Below are positions 6,793-15,981 of a stretch of 46,781 bases of DNA, piece after piece; within the stretch, counting starts at the first letter, position 1; each line of letters opens with the position of its first letter. The stretch lies in assembly GCA_035655435.1 (NCBI GenBank), contig DASRUN010000017.1:1-46781 (forward strand), in the 5' to 3' direction. This DNA is from an archaeon. Lineage in GTDB: Archaea > Iainarchaeota > Iainarchaeia > Iainarchaeales > Iainarchaeaceae. The notes under the pieces were generated by a model. That model was not told the DNA's origin, did no database searches, and saw nothing but the letters and a program-made list of their open reading frames with translations. The translations under genes and the position numbers were made by a program.

Positions 6793-7449
6793 ATGGCTGA
6801 AAAACAAAACGCAAGCATCATTGATATTATCCAAAAAATGGTGAAAGAAGGGGAAAGCGAAGAAAAAATAGTGAAAACCCTCAAAGACCTTGGAGTGGAT
6901 CAGGAAAAAGCAAAACGCCTCCTATTGCTGGGACAGGCGGATACATTTGCATTATTGAAGGGAGAAATAAAAAAAATTGTCACACAGGAAATGGAAAACC
7001 AAAAACCCGTAATGAGAAAATTTATAGAAGAGGAAGCGGTTGGAGCGGCAGACACATCAAGGCAACAACTCACAAAAGCGGTTATTTCTGATTTAAAAGA
7101 ATACGAAAAAGACATTACGGGGCAAAGTACAACATTCCGCGAACAAATAAAAGACAACATATCCAAAGTTAATGAACTCAATGACAGAGTAAAAGTGAAA
7201 CTAAATGAATTGGGAGAAGCGGTTAGACAGGTTCAGATAGATATGGATGAACTCCATGTGAAAGGAGTCGGAGGAAGAAACAAACTCATAAGCAATGTGC
7301 TAATGGGATTAGGATTGCTGTTTGGATTGGGGGCTGCGTTCTTATTCTTCACAAATTTTGGACAGCCGTTGAGCGTGGACACAATAATAATGTTGGTAAT
7401 TGTTGCACTCATAACAATAACAATGATGTTTGTTGCAACGGTAATATAA
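6793..7449 (+). CDS. hypothetical coiled-coil protein with C-terminal TM helices
   Basis: 218 aa. It has a charged helical N-part and a C-terminal hydrophobic region (LMGLGLLFGLGAAFLFF...IIMLVIVALITITMMFVATVI). Confidence 0.5.
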   Translation: MAEKQNASIIDIIQKMVKEGESEEKIVKTLKDLGVDQEKAKRLLLLGQADTFALLKGEIKKIVTQEMENQKPVMRKFIEEEAVGAADTSRQQLTKAVISDLKEYEKDITGQSTTFREQIKDNISKVNELNDRVKVKLNELGEAVRQVQIDMDELHVKGVGGRNKLISNVLMGLGLLFGLGAAFLFFTNFGQPLSVDTIIMLVIVALITITMMFVATVI

Positions 7450-7491
7450 AAAAAATCGAATTTAAATTTTAGAAAAAGTTTTTTAAAAAAA

Positions 7492-7647
7492 TTATTTCTT
7501 AATGAATGTCCCATCGCCTTGAGTGGAAAACTTATCATATTCTTTTAATGATACAATTGCATTCTCCAAGAGCACCTTATTTCGAAGGCTTTTTTCCTTC
7601 AAATGCAGCCTCTCAAGCTGCGTCATAATATGCTCAAACTCAATCAT
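7492..7647 (-). CDS. possible small helical protein (51 aa)
   Basis: Below the ORF-track cutoff. The minus-strand product is MIEFEHIMTQLERLHLKEKSLRNKVLLENAIVSLKEYDKFSTQGDGTFIKK. It lies just downstream of hjc. Support is weak. Confidence 0.2.
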   Translation of the reverse strand: MIEFEHIMTQLERLHLKEKSLRNKVLLENAIVSLKEYDKFSTQGDGTFIKK

Positions 7648-7680
7648 CAGGACAACCAGTAATATTACATGCGAGAGACT

Positions 7681-8097
7681 TTATAAACTTGAACCTGGAA
7701 GAATACGCGATTGTTCTCCAATAAAAACTTCTAATGGAACTCCGACTTTTTGGACCTTTTCAAAAGAAATTGAATAATTCTTTGCCTTGTTAAATTCCTT
7801 TGGATGGATAAAAAACCAACCTTTGTTAGGATATTTCCATGCAACGAAAACTTCGGCATTTCCAAGTTCCTGCCACTTCAAAAGTTCATCCATTTGTTCT
7901 TCTCTAATGTTCAAATAATCCGCACGCCACGCTTTTGCCTCAATCACAATATTCCGACCTTTTCCCATAATAATCAAATCAGGCATTGGAAGAGAATTTT
8001 TTCCAGAACCGGCAGTTCTAGCAATCGCAAAACCTTTTCCCCAAAAAAGTTTTATGAGTTCACGTTCCGCATTCGCGCCTTTGTTGTAATGAGCCAT
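7681..8097 (-). CDS. hjc: Holliday junction resolvase Hjc
   Basis: 138 aa. It carries KGANAERELIKLFWGKGFAIARTAGSG...PDLIIMGKGRNIVIEAKA, the Hjc catalytic E...PD...E-x-K motif arrangement. Confidence 0.85.
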   Translation of the reverse strand: MAHYNKGANAERELIKLFWGKGFAIARTAGSGKNSLPMPDLIIMGKGRNIVIEAKAWRADYLNIREEQMDELLKWQELGNAEVFVAWKYPNKGWFFIHPKEFNKAKNYSISFEKVQKVGVPLEVFIGEQSRILPGSSL

Positions 8098-8180
8098 GAA
8101 AAAGGATATAAATTTCAGAGTATTTAATTGAATTGTGATGCACAGAAAACAAATAAATAATTCAAAAAGAGGATTATATA

Positions 8181-8651
8181 ATGGCTAAAGAAAAATTCGG
8201 TTTTATAGTATCGGGAAAAAAGAAAAAAGACGGGAACCTGGAAATCCGAGTAAGGATTGACAGCAACAGGCGAACAAAAAAAGGCGAATTCTTTGAGCAT
8301 ATAAAATTCATGCCTGAGATCATAGAAGAGGGTGCGTTTCAGGTTGGACAAACAATTGGAAAGGTAATTTATTCCCACATAGAAACAACAAATGGACCAA
8401 AAATAGGACGCGAAGGAAATTTGATTTATGAAAAAAATGGACAAAGATTAAAACCTATTTTACCTGAACTGAATGAAAGGCTCCATGAACACGCATTGGC
8501 AATTCTCTGCAAACATTATCCGAACGCACAATTGAACTATCTCCCGGGATCAGCAAAAGAGGTGTATGCCAGAGTAAGCAGAATAGCCAGGGATGAAAGA
8601 AGAATGCTGAACATATTGCCAAACATATGGCACAGAAGATACAGGGGATGA
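8181..8651 (+). CDS. hypothetical protein
   Basis: 156 aa with coding-like composition. I recognise no family. Confidence 0.45.
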   Translation: MAKEKFGFIVSGKKKKDGNLEIRVRIDSNRRTKKGEFFEHIKFMPEIIEEGAFQVGQTIGKVIYSHIETTNGPKIGREGNLIYEKNGQRLKPILPELNERLHEHALAILCKHYPNAQLNYLPGSAKEVYARVSRIARDERRMLNILPNIWHRRYRG

Positions 8652-8698
8652 CAAAAATTATTTATAGTTTAAAGCAGAAGTATTTCAGGGGGAATCAA

Positions 8699-8875
8699 AT
8701 GTCAAAAAAACCACAAAACAAAAAAAAGGAAAAATCAGGTTCAATGCCAACTGAAGCTCAGATTGCCAAGGCTGCAAAAGAACTGGAGCAAATGCCGGAA
8801 GGAGCAACTATTGTAAGAAACGGCTTCAAATACGCCTGCACGGAAGACGGGCATATCGTGTTCCAGAAGGAATAA
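8699..8875 (+). CDS. small hypothetical basic protein (58 aa)
   Basis: This is ORF 8627..8875 trimmed to MSKKPQNKKKEK.... A TATA-like TTTATAG lies about 30 nt upstream, and a G-rich SD-like CAGGGGG lies before the ATG. Confidence 0.35.
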   Translation: MSKKPQNKKKEKSGSMPTEAQIAKAAKELEQMPEGATIVRNGFKYACTEDGHIVFQKE

Positions 8876-9012
8876 ACCCTGAAAACCAACCTTAATATAC
8901 ATTACTATTCCATTATGTATTAGCGTCCCAAGGTGGGGCGGATGAATGTTACATTTAACCTGAATTAGGGTTTGAATGGTTTTGCAGTTGTAAAAATTAG
9001 TGATTTTAGATT

Positions 9013-9303
9013 TTGGAACAATCAATAGGAACTCAATTGGATTTGGAAGTCATTCCAAACTCGAAAGAATTCAAAATAGCGGGTTATAACCCGTGGACAA
9101 AAGCCCTGAAAATAAAAGTTCGGGGAAAAGCCCTCAAAGGAGAGGCAAACAAAGAACTTGTAAAAAATCTGGAAAAACTGCTCCAAACAAAAATTAAAAT
9201 TATTGCAGGGGAAAAAAGCAGAAAGAAAAAAGTATTTCTCGAAAAAATTTCGGGAAAAAAAACTGCGGAAATCCTCAAAGAAACCCTAATTCTCGAGAAA
9301 TAA
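9013..9303 (+). CDS. DUF167/YggU-family protein (UPF0235)
   Basis: 96 aa. The sequence LEVIPNSKEFKIAGYNPWTKALKIKVRGKALKGEANKELVKNLEKLL...IIAGEKSRKK fits the v.P.ak...i.g....lki.v.a.p..G.AN.el...l pattern. The start codon is TTG. Confidence 0.6.
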   Translation: MEQSIGTQLDLEVIPNSKEFKIAGYNPWTKALKIKVRGKALKGEANKELVKNLEKLLQTKIKIIAGEKSRKKKVFLEKISGKKTAEILKETLILEK

Positions 9304-9343
9304 AAACACAAAAAGAAGCTGAAAAAAAGGAGATGAAAAATAA

Positions 9344-10867
9344 ATGGCTAAGACATACATTAACACAGTGAAATATGAAATAAAACTGAACTTTGAAATA
9401 GACGGAATCGTGGACAAACCTGATATTATAGGCGCGATCTTCGGACAAAGCGAAGGACTTTTAGGAGACGAAATGGATCTCAAAGAACTTCAAAAAAACG
9501 GAAAAGTAGGGAGAATAGAAATAGAACACACAACAAGCATGGGAAGAACTAAAGGAACTGTAGTTGTTCCTAGTTCGATGGACATGGCTGAAACAAGTTT
9601 GCTCGCAGCAGGAATTGAAAGCGTTGATAAGGTTGGACCGTGCGAATCAAAATTCGAAATTGTGGATATTACAGACACGAGAACGGATAAAAGAGGGGAA
9701 ATAAAAACCAGGGCACAGGAATTGCTCAAAAGAATGATGGACAAATCCAAACCCGACACACAAATGCTGAGCGAGGAACTAAGAGAAAGCGTACGCGCAT
9801 CGGACATAATTGAATACGGCCCGGATAAACTTCCTGCCGGCCCCGGAATAGAAAACGACAAAGAAATAATCATTGTCGAAGGAAGAGCTGATGTTCTCAA
9901 CATGCTCAAAAATCAAATAAGAAATGTAGTTGGAATGAACGGATCAAATATTCCGCCAACAATAATAGAACTGAGCAGACACAAAGAAGTAACCGCATTT
10001 GTTGATGGGGACAGAGGCGGAATACTCAACGCAAGAAAACTCGCACAATTAGTAAACGTTGATTTCATTGCAAAAGCTCCGGACGGAAAAGAGGTCGAGG
10101 AATTAACCAGGAAAGAAATTCTCCAGGCACTCAAAAAGAAAGCGCCAATGGAAGAAGAATTCCAGGAGAGAAAACCGGGATTTGTAAAAGAAGCATATCC
10201 AAGGAGAATGGATTCAAGAGAAAATAATGAAAGAGCTTGGACTCCAAGACCACCAATGGATAGAGGTTATTCCAATAGGCCTCGCGAGAATGGGGAAGAC
10301 TCAAGAAATTATTCGAGAGTGCCAAGAGAAAGAAGCTTTTCGGGAAGACCTCAAAGAGAAGGATCATATTCCAGAGGACCTCCAAGAGAAGGCGGCTATC
10401 AAAGAGGCCCGCCTAGGGATAATGGATATTCACGCGGCCCTCCTAGAGATTCTAGAGGACCAAGAGGATTTTCAAGACCCCCTAGAGAAGGATCGTATTC
10501 TAGACCTGAATCAGAACCGCCTAGAGAAAGGCCAAGAGTGGAAATACCAAAGGAATACGTTCCAAGGGAAAGACCTGTTCTCACACCGGAAGAACAGCAA
10601 ACATACAAACCAATCCTTGAAGAACTTAAAGGAAAAATGAGCGCAAGGCTCCTTGATAGCAAAAATACTGTTGTCAAAGAAATTAAAGTAAAAGATATGG
10701 TTGATGAAATAGCCAAAAGCAAGAAAAAAATCAACGCAGTTGTATTCGACGGAGTAATAACAAAAAGACTTGTTGAAGCAGCGGAAAAAGCAGGCGTTGC
10801 ATATGTTATCGGCGCAAGAAAAGGAAAAATAGAGCCGAACGAAAAAGTGAAATCGGCCGCATTATAA
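9344..10867 (+). CDS. dnaG: archaeal DnaG primase/exosome-associated protein with a TOPRIM domain and a low-complexity insertion
   Basis: It has the archaeal DnaG N-terminus (YEIKLNFEIDGIVDKPDIIGAIFGQSEGLLG). Its TOPRIM motifs are IIIVEGRADVLNM and FVDGDRGG. At 507 aa it is long because of a roughly 125-aa R/P/G/S/Y-rich insertion. Confidence 0.85.
   Translation: MAKTYINTVKYEIKLNFEIDGIVDKPDIIGAIFGQSEGLLGDEMDLKELQKNGKVGRIEIEHTTSMGRTKGTVVVPSSMDMAETSLLAAGIESVDKVGPCESKFEIVDITDTRTDKRGEIKTRAQELLKRMMDKSKPDTQMLSEELRESVRASDIIEYGPDKLPAGPGIENDKEIIIVEGRADVLNMLKNQIRNVVGMNGSNIPPTIIELSRHKEVTAFVDGDRGGILNARKLAQLVNVDFIAKAPDGKEVEELTRKEILQALKKKAPMEEEFQERKPGFVKEAYPRRMDSRENNERAWTPRPPMDRGYSNRPRENGEDSRNYSRVPRERSFSGRPQREGSYSRGPPREGGYQRGPPRDNGYSRGPPRDSRGPRGFSRPPREGSYSRPESEPPRERPRVEIPKEYVPRERPVLTPEEQQTYKPILEELKGKMSARLLDSKNTVVKEIKVKDMVDEIAKSKKKINAVVFDGVITKRLVEAAEKAGVAYVIGARKGKIEPNEKVKSAAL
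10196..10579 (+). repeat. in-frame degenerate tandem repeats encoding the Arg/Pro/Gly/Ser/Tyr-rich linker of DnaG
   Basis: Amino acids ~285-412 read ...RPQREGSYSRGPPREGGYQRGPPRDNGYSRGPPRDSRGPRGFSRPPREGSYSRPESEPPRERPR.... The DNA shows about 33-nt periodicity (GGnCCnCCnAGAGAnGG...). Confidence 0.7.
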
Positions 10868-10916
10868 AAAAATTAAAAATAAAAAAATTGGTCGTCGCGG
10901 AAACGCGGCGGCAAAC

Positions 10917-11432
10917 CTACTTTTTTCTAAAACTTCTTCTAGGAACATCGGGAACTTCGCGAACAGTTTCCTCAATAGGAAGAACAAGTTCCCCGGTTCT
11001 GTACAAAATAAAACCAATGAAAATCGATGCTAACCAAAAAAGAAGAGCTGCAATCGGGGAAAGCAAACCGCTCCAAAATTGGCGCGCGGTCAACCTTGCT
11101 GTGTCCTCTCTAACAACAATTCCGGTTGATTTGTAAAGAGTGTCAGCGCAAACATTGAAATGAGTTCTTTGTTCCAACAAACCTTGTGAAGTATCAGTGT
11201 TCTGAATGCAATCCTCATAATATTTCATATTGTCCCAGGAATCAAACATTGAAGCGGAAGCCTGAATGAACATCAATAAAGCCGCAAAAATAACAAACGA
11301 ACCAATTAGTTTTGGAATGTGAATGTTTTTTCCCGCAACTCTAAAAAAAATAATTCTTCTCAAACAAAAATCACTAAAACTACTAATGGAATTAATTAGT
11401 ATATAAAAGTTGTGCCGAAGCCCAAACAACAA
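10917..11432 (-). CDS. hypothetical membrane protein (start uncertain)
   Basis: It has two TM segments (LIGSFVIFAALLMFI and LLSPIAALLFWLASIFIGFILY). The ORF-track start is a TTG overlapping the divergent gene, so the true start is probably further downstream. Confidence 0.4.
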   Translation of the reverse strand: MLFGLRHNFYILINSISSFSDFCLRRIIFFRVAGKNIHIPKLIGSFVIFAALLMFIQASASMFDSWDNMKYYEDCIQNTDTSQGLLEQRTHFNVCADTLYKSTGIVVREDTARLTARQFWSGLLSPIAALLFWLASIFIGFILYRTGELVLPIEETVREVPDVPRRSFRKK

Positions 11433-11466
11433 ATCTTTTAAACAAGCAAAGCAATTCTACTACAAA

Positions 11467-11724
11467 ATGAAAGAAATAATGAGGAACATTTTCGCGGCAA
11501 TCTTCTACTCGGTAATGGGAGTAATAGCAATATCGCTTTTCATAACCGCATTCATAAACGCGCTCGTGCTTCAAGTGGTTTACGGGAATGTTCCGGCGGC
11601 TTTTTCGCACTATTTCGGAGCACTCCTCGCACTGATTGCCGCAACTTTTGTTGTAATGCGCGCCGAACGATTCCTCGGCCTCCTCGCAAAATCGGGGTTC
11701 GTGGACGAATTGCTCGCAAAATAA
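11467..11724 (+). CDS. small hypothetical membrane protein
   Basis: This is ORF 11410..11724 trimmed to MKEIMRNIFAAIFYSVMGVIAISLFITAF.... It has 2-3 hydrophobic helices. Confidence 0.4.
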   Translation: MKEIMRNIFAAIFYSVMGVIAISLFITAFINALVLQVVYGNVPAAFSHYFGALLALIAATFVVMRAERFLGLLAKSGFVDELLAK

Positions 11725-11824
11725 GCTATTTGGGGGGCTTTATAATCCTTTTTTAACGGACATTGATCAGCGAAATTCTTTTCTTTTTTGGTTCAGCTTT
11801 GAAAGGCTTTTTCTTTTAGTCGAG

Positions 11825-11854
11825 CTTTTCTTTTTGGCCTGTCAAAAAGAAAAG
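11825..11854 (+). other. perfect 12-bp hairpin abutting the tRNA-Val 5' end
   Basis: CTTTTCTTTTTG (11825-11836), loop GCCTGT, then CAAAAAGAAAAG (11843-11854). The tRNA starts at 11858. Confidence 0.6.
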
Positions 11855-11857
11855 GTC

Positions 11858-11930
11858 GGGCTCGTGGTCTAGCGGTTATGACATCTCCTTTACACGGAGG
11901 GAGTCGCAGGTTCGAATCCTGCCGGGCCCA
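11858..11930 (+). tRNA. tRNA-Val (anticodon TAC)
   Basis: Manual cloverleaf. The acceptor pairs GGGCTCG with CGGGCCC. The D arm contains GTCTAGCGGTTATGAC. The anticodon stem pairs TCTCC with GGAGG around the loop TTTACAC. The T arm is GCAGG-TTCGAATC-CTGCC and the discriminator is A. No CCA is encoded. Confidence 0.9.
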
Positions 11931-12056
11931 TTTAGGAGAAACTAGTTAGATCAAACGAAACATGTGCGCTCGAAGACGCACACATCTGGCCGGGGACGTT
12001 TCCCCGAAAGAATAGTTTAAATACACAATTATAATAATTTAATCAAGGCGAAAAAA

Positions 12057-12617
12057 ATGGTTTTGGAAATTATTGGATTGGTTGTAATAATAGGCGCGGT
12101 AATCGTGGCACTATGGTTTTTGCTTGCCTACAACGGTTTTGTACAGCTCAGAAATCGTATTGATAATGCTTGGAGCCAAATAGATGTACAACTCAAGAGA
12201 AGATATGATCTTGTGCCGAACCTAATGGAAACCGTTAAGGGATATGCAAAGCACGAAAAAGAAACATTCAAAATGGTCACAGATGCAAGAGCACAAGCAT
12301 TGAACGCGCAAGGGGTTTCACAACAGGGAAAAGCCGAAAACATGTTGAGCGGAGCACTCAAATCGCTTTTTGCAATCTCGGAAGCATACCCGGCTTTGCT
12401 GGCAAACAAAAATTTTGCAATGCTCCAAGAAGAATTATCCGGAATAGAATCAAAAATAGCATTTTCAAGACAATTTTACAATGATGAAGTACTTAGGTTC
12501 AACACAAAAACGGAAACACTTCCGGATACAATCATAGCGGGAATATTCGGATTCAAAAAAAGGGATTACTTCGGAATCGAAGAACAAGCAAGAGATCCGG
12601 TAAAAGTAAAATTCTAA
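12057..12617 (+). CDS. lemA: LemA-family membrane protein
   Basis: 186 aa. It has an N-terminal TM helix followed by YNGFVQLRNRIDNAWSQIDVQLKRRYDLVPNL...AYPALLANKNF, a LemA signature. Confidence 0.85.
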   Translation: MVLEIIGLVVIIGAVIVALWFLLAYNGFVQLRNRIDNAWSQIDVQLKRRYDLVPNLMETVKGYAKHEKETFKMVTDARAQALNAQGVSQQGKAENMLSGALKSLFAISEAYPALLANKNFAMLQEELSGIESKIAFSRQFYNDEVLRFNTKTETLPDTIIAGIFGFKKRDYFGIEEQARDPVKVKF

Positions 12618-12657
12618 AACAAATTTTTCCAATAACAAATTTTTGGGGTGAAAAACC

Positions 12658-13536
12658 TTGTACGAACAAATAGCCGAAAACAACAGAAACACAATACTCC
12701 TAGTAATCGGATTCTCGATTTTTGTTGTACTACTATCATGGATTTTGGGAGAAATCTGGTTTCAAGGAGGAGGAATCCTCGGAACAATTTTGGGAACAAT
12801 ATTCCTCACAATATTCATACTCATAAACTATTTTTGGGGAGCGAATATAGTTCTTTCAATCAGCGGTGCACGAGAAATAAAAAAAGACGAATATCCTTAT
12901 TTGTTCAATCTTATAGATGGATTATCAATTGCCGCTGGAATTCCAAAACCGAAAGCATATGCAATCAATGATACCGCGCTTAACGCTTTTGCAACGGGAA
13001 GAAACCCGGAAAACGGAGTAATAGTTGTTACAACAGGAATATTGGAAAAACTCAATAGAGAAGAATTGGAAGGAGTAATAGCTCATGAAATGAGCCACAT
13101 AAAAAATTATGACATTCGATTAATGCTCCTCACAAGCACCATGGTGGGCTTGAGCGTTCTCCTGGCAGACATATTATTGAGAAGCTTGCTTTTTGGAGGA
13201 GATAGACGCGGTAAAGGAGCATGGCCGCTTCTTCTATTGGGAATAATACTTGCAATACTAACTCCAATTATTGCAACAATAATGAAACTAGCAATATCAA
13301 GGGAAAGAGAATATCTAGCTGACGCAAGCGGAGTGCAATTAACAAGAAACCCGGATGGATTGATAAACGCGCTCAAAAAACTTGATTCGGACAAAGAAAT
13401 ACTTGAAGCCGCAAACAAAGCAACAGCGCATTTATACATTTCGAACCCCCTCAAAAACAGGAAAGGATTCATGGATTCAATGTTCTCCACACACCCGCCG
13501 ATTTCGGAAAGAGTGAAAAGGCTTGAGGGGATGTAA
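12658..13536 (+). CDS. htpX: M48-family zinc metalloprotease HtpX
   Basis: It carries the HEMSH zinc motif (GVIAHEMSHIKNYD), four TM segments and a downstream REREYLADASG motif. The start codon is TTG. Confidence 0.85.
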   Translation: MYEQIAENNRNTILLVIGFSIFVVLLSWILGEIWFQGGGILGTILGTIFLTIFILINYFWGANIVLSISGAREIKKDEYPYLFNLIDGLSIAAGIPKPKAYAINDTALNAFATGRNPENGVIVVTTGILEKLNREELEGVIAHEMSHIKNYDIRLMLLTSTMVGLSVLLADILLRSLLFGGDRRGKGAWPLLLLGIILAILTPIIATIMKLAISREREYLADASGVQLTRNPDGLINALKKLDSDKEILEAANKATAHLYISNPLKNRKGFMDSMFSTHPPISERVKRLEGM

Positions 13537-13538
13537 AC

Positions 13539-14117
13539 CTAAAATTTGCCTAAAAAATGTAAAAGCACAGTAATATCCATAAATATTAATGTGAAGCCGC
13601 CTGTTATAAGCACGAAAAAAAGAACCATAAGAATACTAATAGTAATAAAATCTAAAATACCGCGAATAGTAACTTTCTTTATATCAACTCTATCAGAGTT
13701 TGCTTTCATTTTAAGTGTCCCGTCAAAAATTGATTTGAACTCCTGAAAGACCTTTGAATTGAGAGTTTTAATGCCCAACATTATAAAGCCCGTGAGCAAA
13801 CCCAAAAACACAAATCCGAAATACTGCTTCGATGTTTCGGCATTTTCAGGAAAAAATAAAAAATAAAGATAAATAAAACCGGCATTTAAAAAATAAAAAA
13901 ACAAACCCTGTTCAAGATTTGAAACCATATTTATAGCTTTTTTAACTGCAAGTCCCAATATACTAAGGATTGTAAGAATCGGCAAATAAAGAAAAAAAAG
14001 TAAAACTGCGACAGGCAAAAAATGGGATTTCTTCAAACTAGTCCAAATGTTGTACAGCATACGAACCAAAGCGGTTAGGTAATTTAATGGCCAAGGAAAG
14101 TTATTGTTTTTTCTCAT
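13539..14117 (-). CDS. hypothetical polytopic membrane protein
   Basis: This is ORF 13539..14210 trimmed to MRKNNNFPWPL..., with a TATA-like ATTTATATT about 30 nt upstream. It has several hydrophobic helices. Confidence 0.4.
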   Translation of the reverse strand: MRKNNNFPWPLNYLTALVRMLYNIWTSLKKSHFLPVAVLLFFLYLPILTILSILGLAVKKAINMVSNLEQGLFFYFLNAGFIYLYFLFFPENAETSKQYFGFVFLGLLTGFIMLGIKTLNSKVFQEFKSIFDGTLKMKANSDRVDIKKVTIRGILDFITISILMVLFFVLITGGFTLIFMDITVLLHFLGKF

Positions 14118-14220
14118 TACAAAACCAATGTTTAATTGCAAATATAAATATGCACAGACAGATAAATGACTTTCCGAAGAGGCAAATAAGCATTTATACA
14201 ATATGAGCATTTACTTCTGA

Positions 14221-15945
14221 ATGAAAAAAAATCAGGCAATACTTTTTGTCGGATTTGTACTGCTACTCAGCACGACCGCTTTTGGAATTGAATTTCGCCC
14301 TGCAACCGTGAAAAACATTGATGTAACAATAACAACTCAGGCATTGGGAAATTTTTCAGGGGAAATTACGAGAGGGGATGAACTTGAAATATTATATCTC
14401 TCGATCCAAAAAGATGAGAGCCAGGAAATTGTTTCCCTGAACGAACACATGGAAATCGGAAATGATACAATAGAAGCGGAACATTTCCAACAAAACGGTT
14501 TAACATACGCAAAATATGTTGTAAAAGATTTGTTGAAATACAAAGATGCTCCGGAGTTTAAAGTTATAAGAGAGGCAAGGGTGAAAAAAGAGGCGAAAAT
14601 TGGCCTGAATGCGGATTACAATCTGAACAATGAAATAAATGAATTTTCTGAATACAAAAAAGAAACGGAGTACATAGAATCGAATGATGTAGAACTCAAA
14701 AGCAAGGCATCACTTGAATTTTCATCGGAATCACAAATAGAATCAATAAGAGAAATAGCGGAATGGGTCAACACGAACATTGAATACGATTTTGACAAAT
14801 ACTATAATGGGGTTTACAGCGCAAAAGAAACATACCAAAACAGAGCAGGGGTGTGCGATGAATTTGCAAACCTAACAGCTGCATTTACGCGCATCAAGGG
14901 AATGCCCACAAAATATGTAACGGGATTAAGCTTTGACGGAGAACGCTTTGGAATGCATGGTTGGCTGGAGGTTTATCTTCCTCAAACAGGCTGGATCGGA
15001 GTTGATTCAACTTATGGAGAAGCTGGTTATTTGGATGCGGCTCACATTACTTTTGCAAAAACAACAGATGCAAATAATGCGGTTGATTTTATTGCAACAA
15101 CAAAAACCAGGAAAACAATACAAGTAAACGCGGAACTTCCGCTTCCTGAAACCGAAATAAATTCTGTTGAATTTTTCCAAAATATACTCGAAGCAGAAAT
15201 AGAAACTCCGGATGCAGTACAATCGGGAGAAAAGTTTGAAGTAAAAGCAAAAATAAAAAATATTTCAAATGAAAATGCAATACTCCCCATAGAACTAAGA
15301 TTCCACGAAGATTTTGGAGAAAATCAAAACAACAGACTGGTTTATTTTGAAGCAGGAGAGGAAAAGGAAATAGTTTGGGGGGCAAGAGCCCCTGAAAAGG
15401 AAATCGAACGCGGTTACTACAATTATGGAATGATGCTTCTCCTTCCCGACGGAAATGTTCTTGGAACAATAAAAATTGTTTCGAACAAAACAAATGTGAA
15501 AGAGGAAGCAGACATCCGAGTTAACGATGTCAGCCCGTTGCTCAATGGAGAGGACCTTGAAATACAAATTGAATTGGAAAATCTTGGGCAAAAAGACGGC
15601 AATGCATTAATAGAAGTTTTTTTTGACGGAAACCCATTGCAGGAAAAAACTGTAGAAGTCAACGCACTTGAAAAAAAAACTGTTTCTTATATTGTGAGAA
15701 GAATACATTCAGGAACTGTAACTGTTAAAATTACCGGCGCGGAAGAAAAAAATTATGAAATAAAAATACCAGAAACACAACAAGGAGAGGTTGTTGCGGA
15801 AGAAATAAATGGAATTGAAACAGAAATGCCTGAAACAGGAGCTTTGGAAATACCGGAGTTCACGCAGCAGGAACTGCTCCAAATGGCGGGAGCGGGGGTA
15901 ATAGCACTCGTTATCATAACGGCGCTGGTTTTCATGCGGAAATGA
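14221..15945 (+). CDS. secreted/anchored transglutaminase-like cysteine protease-fold protein with beta-sandwich repeats and a C-terminal TM anchor
   Basis: It has a signal peptide (MKKNQAILFVGFVLLLSTTAFG). The transglutaminase-core Cys/His/Asp triad is RAGVCDEFANL, HGWLEVY and GVDST. The C-terminal helix is AGAGVIALVIITALVF. Confidence 0.7.
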   Translation: MKKNQAILFVGFVLLLSTTAFGIEFRPATVKNIDVTITTQALGNFSGEITRGDELEILYLSIQKDESQEIVSLNEHMEIGNDTIEAEHFQQNGLTYAKYVVKDLLKYKDAPEFKVIREARVKKEAKIGLNADYNLNNEINEFSEYKKETEYIESNDVELKSKASLEFSSESQIESIREIAEWVNTNIEYDFDKYYNGVYSAKETYQNRAGVCDEFANLTAAFTRIKGMPTKYVTGLSFDGERFGMHGWLEVYLPQTGWIGVDSTYGEAGYLDAAHITFAKTTDANNAVDFIATTKTRKTIQVNAELPLPETEINSVEFFQNILEAEIETPDAVQSGEKFEVKAKIKNISNENAILPIELRFHEDFGENQNNRLVYFEAGEEKEIVWGARAPEKEIERGYYNYGMMLLLPDGNVLGTIKIVSNKTNVKEEADIRVNDVSPLLNGEDLEIQIELENLGQKDGNALIEVFFDGNPLQEKTVEVNALEKKTVSYIVRRIHSGTVTVKITGAEEKNYEIKIPETQQGEVVAEEINGIETEMPETGALEIPEFTQQELLQMAGAGVIALVIITALVFMRK

Positions 15946-15981
15946 ATTTTAAAAAGGTTTGCCAGGGGAAATCATCTTGAA

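Noticed and set aside
8870-8975. Possible structured RNA in the 8876-9012 gap (AACCCT...AGGGTT long-range pairing; hairpins ATACAT/ATGTAT, CGTCCC-AAGGT-GGGGCG, AATGT/ACATT)
   Set aside because: The stems are short and mostly AT-rich, so they are easily produced by chance in this composition. Only one GC hairpin is present and there is no clear overall fold.
9490-10734. Minus-strand and alternate-frame ORFs inside dnaG (9490..9909, 9913..10134, 10131..10385, 10227..10640, 10399..10734)
   Set aside because: They lie entirely within, or antisense to, a gene with clear DnaG/TOPRIM motifs. Their S/L/F/P-rich low-complexity translations are typical mirror-frame artefacts of purine-rich coding DNA.
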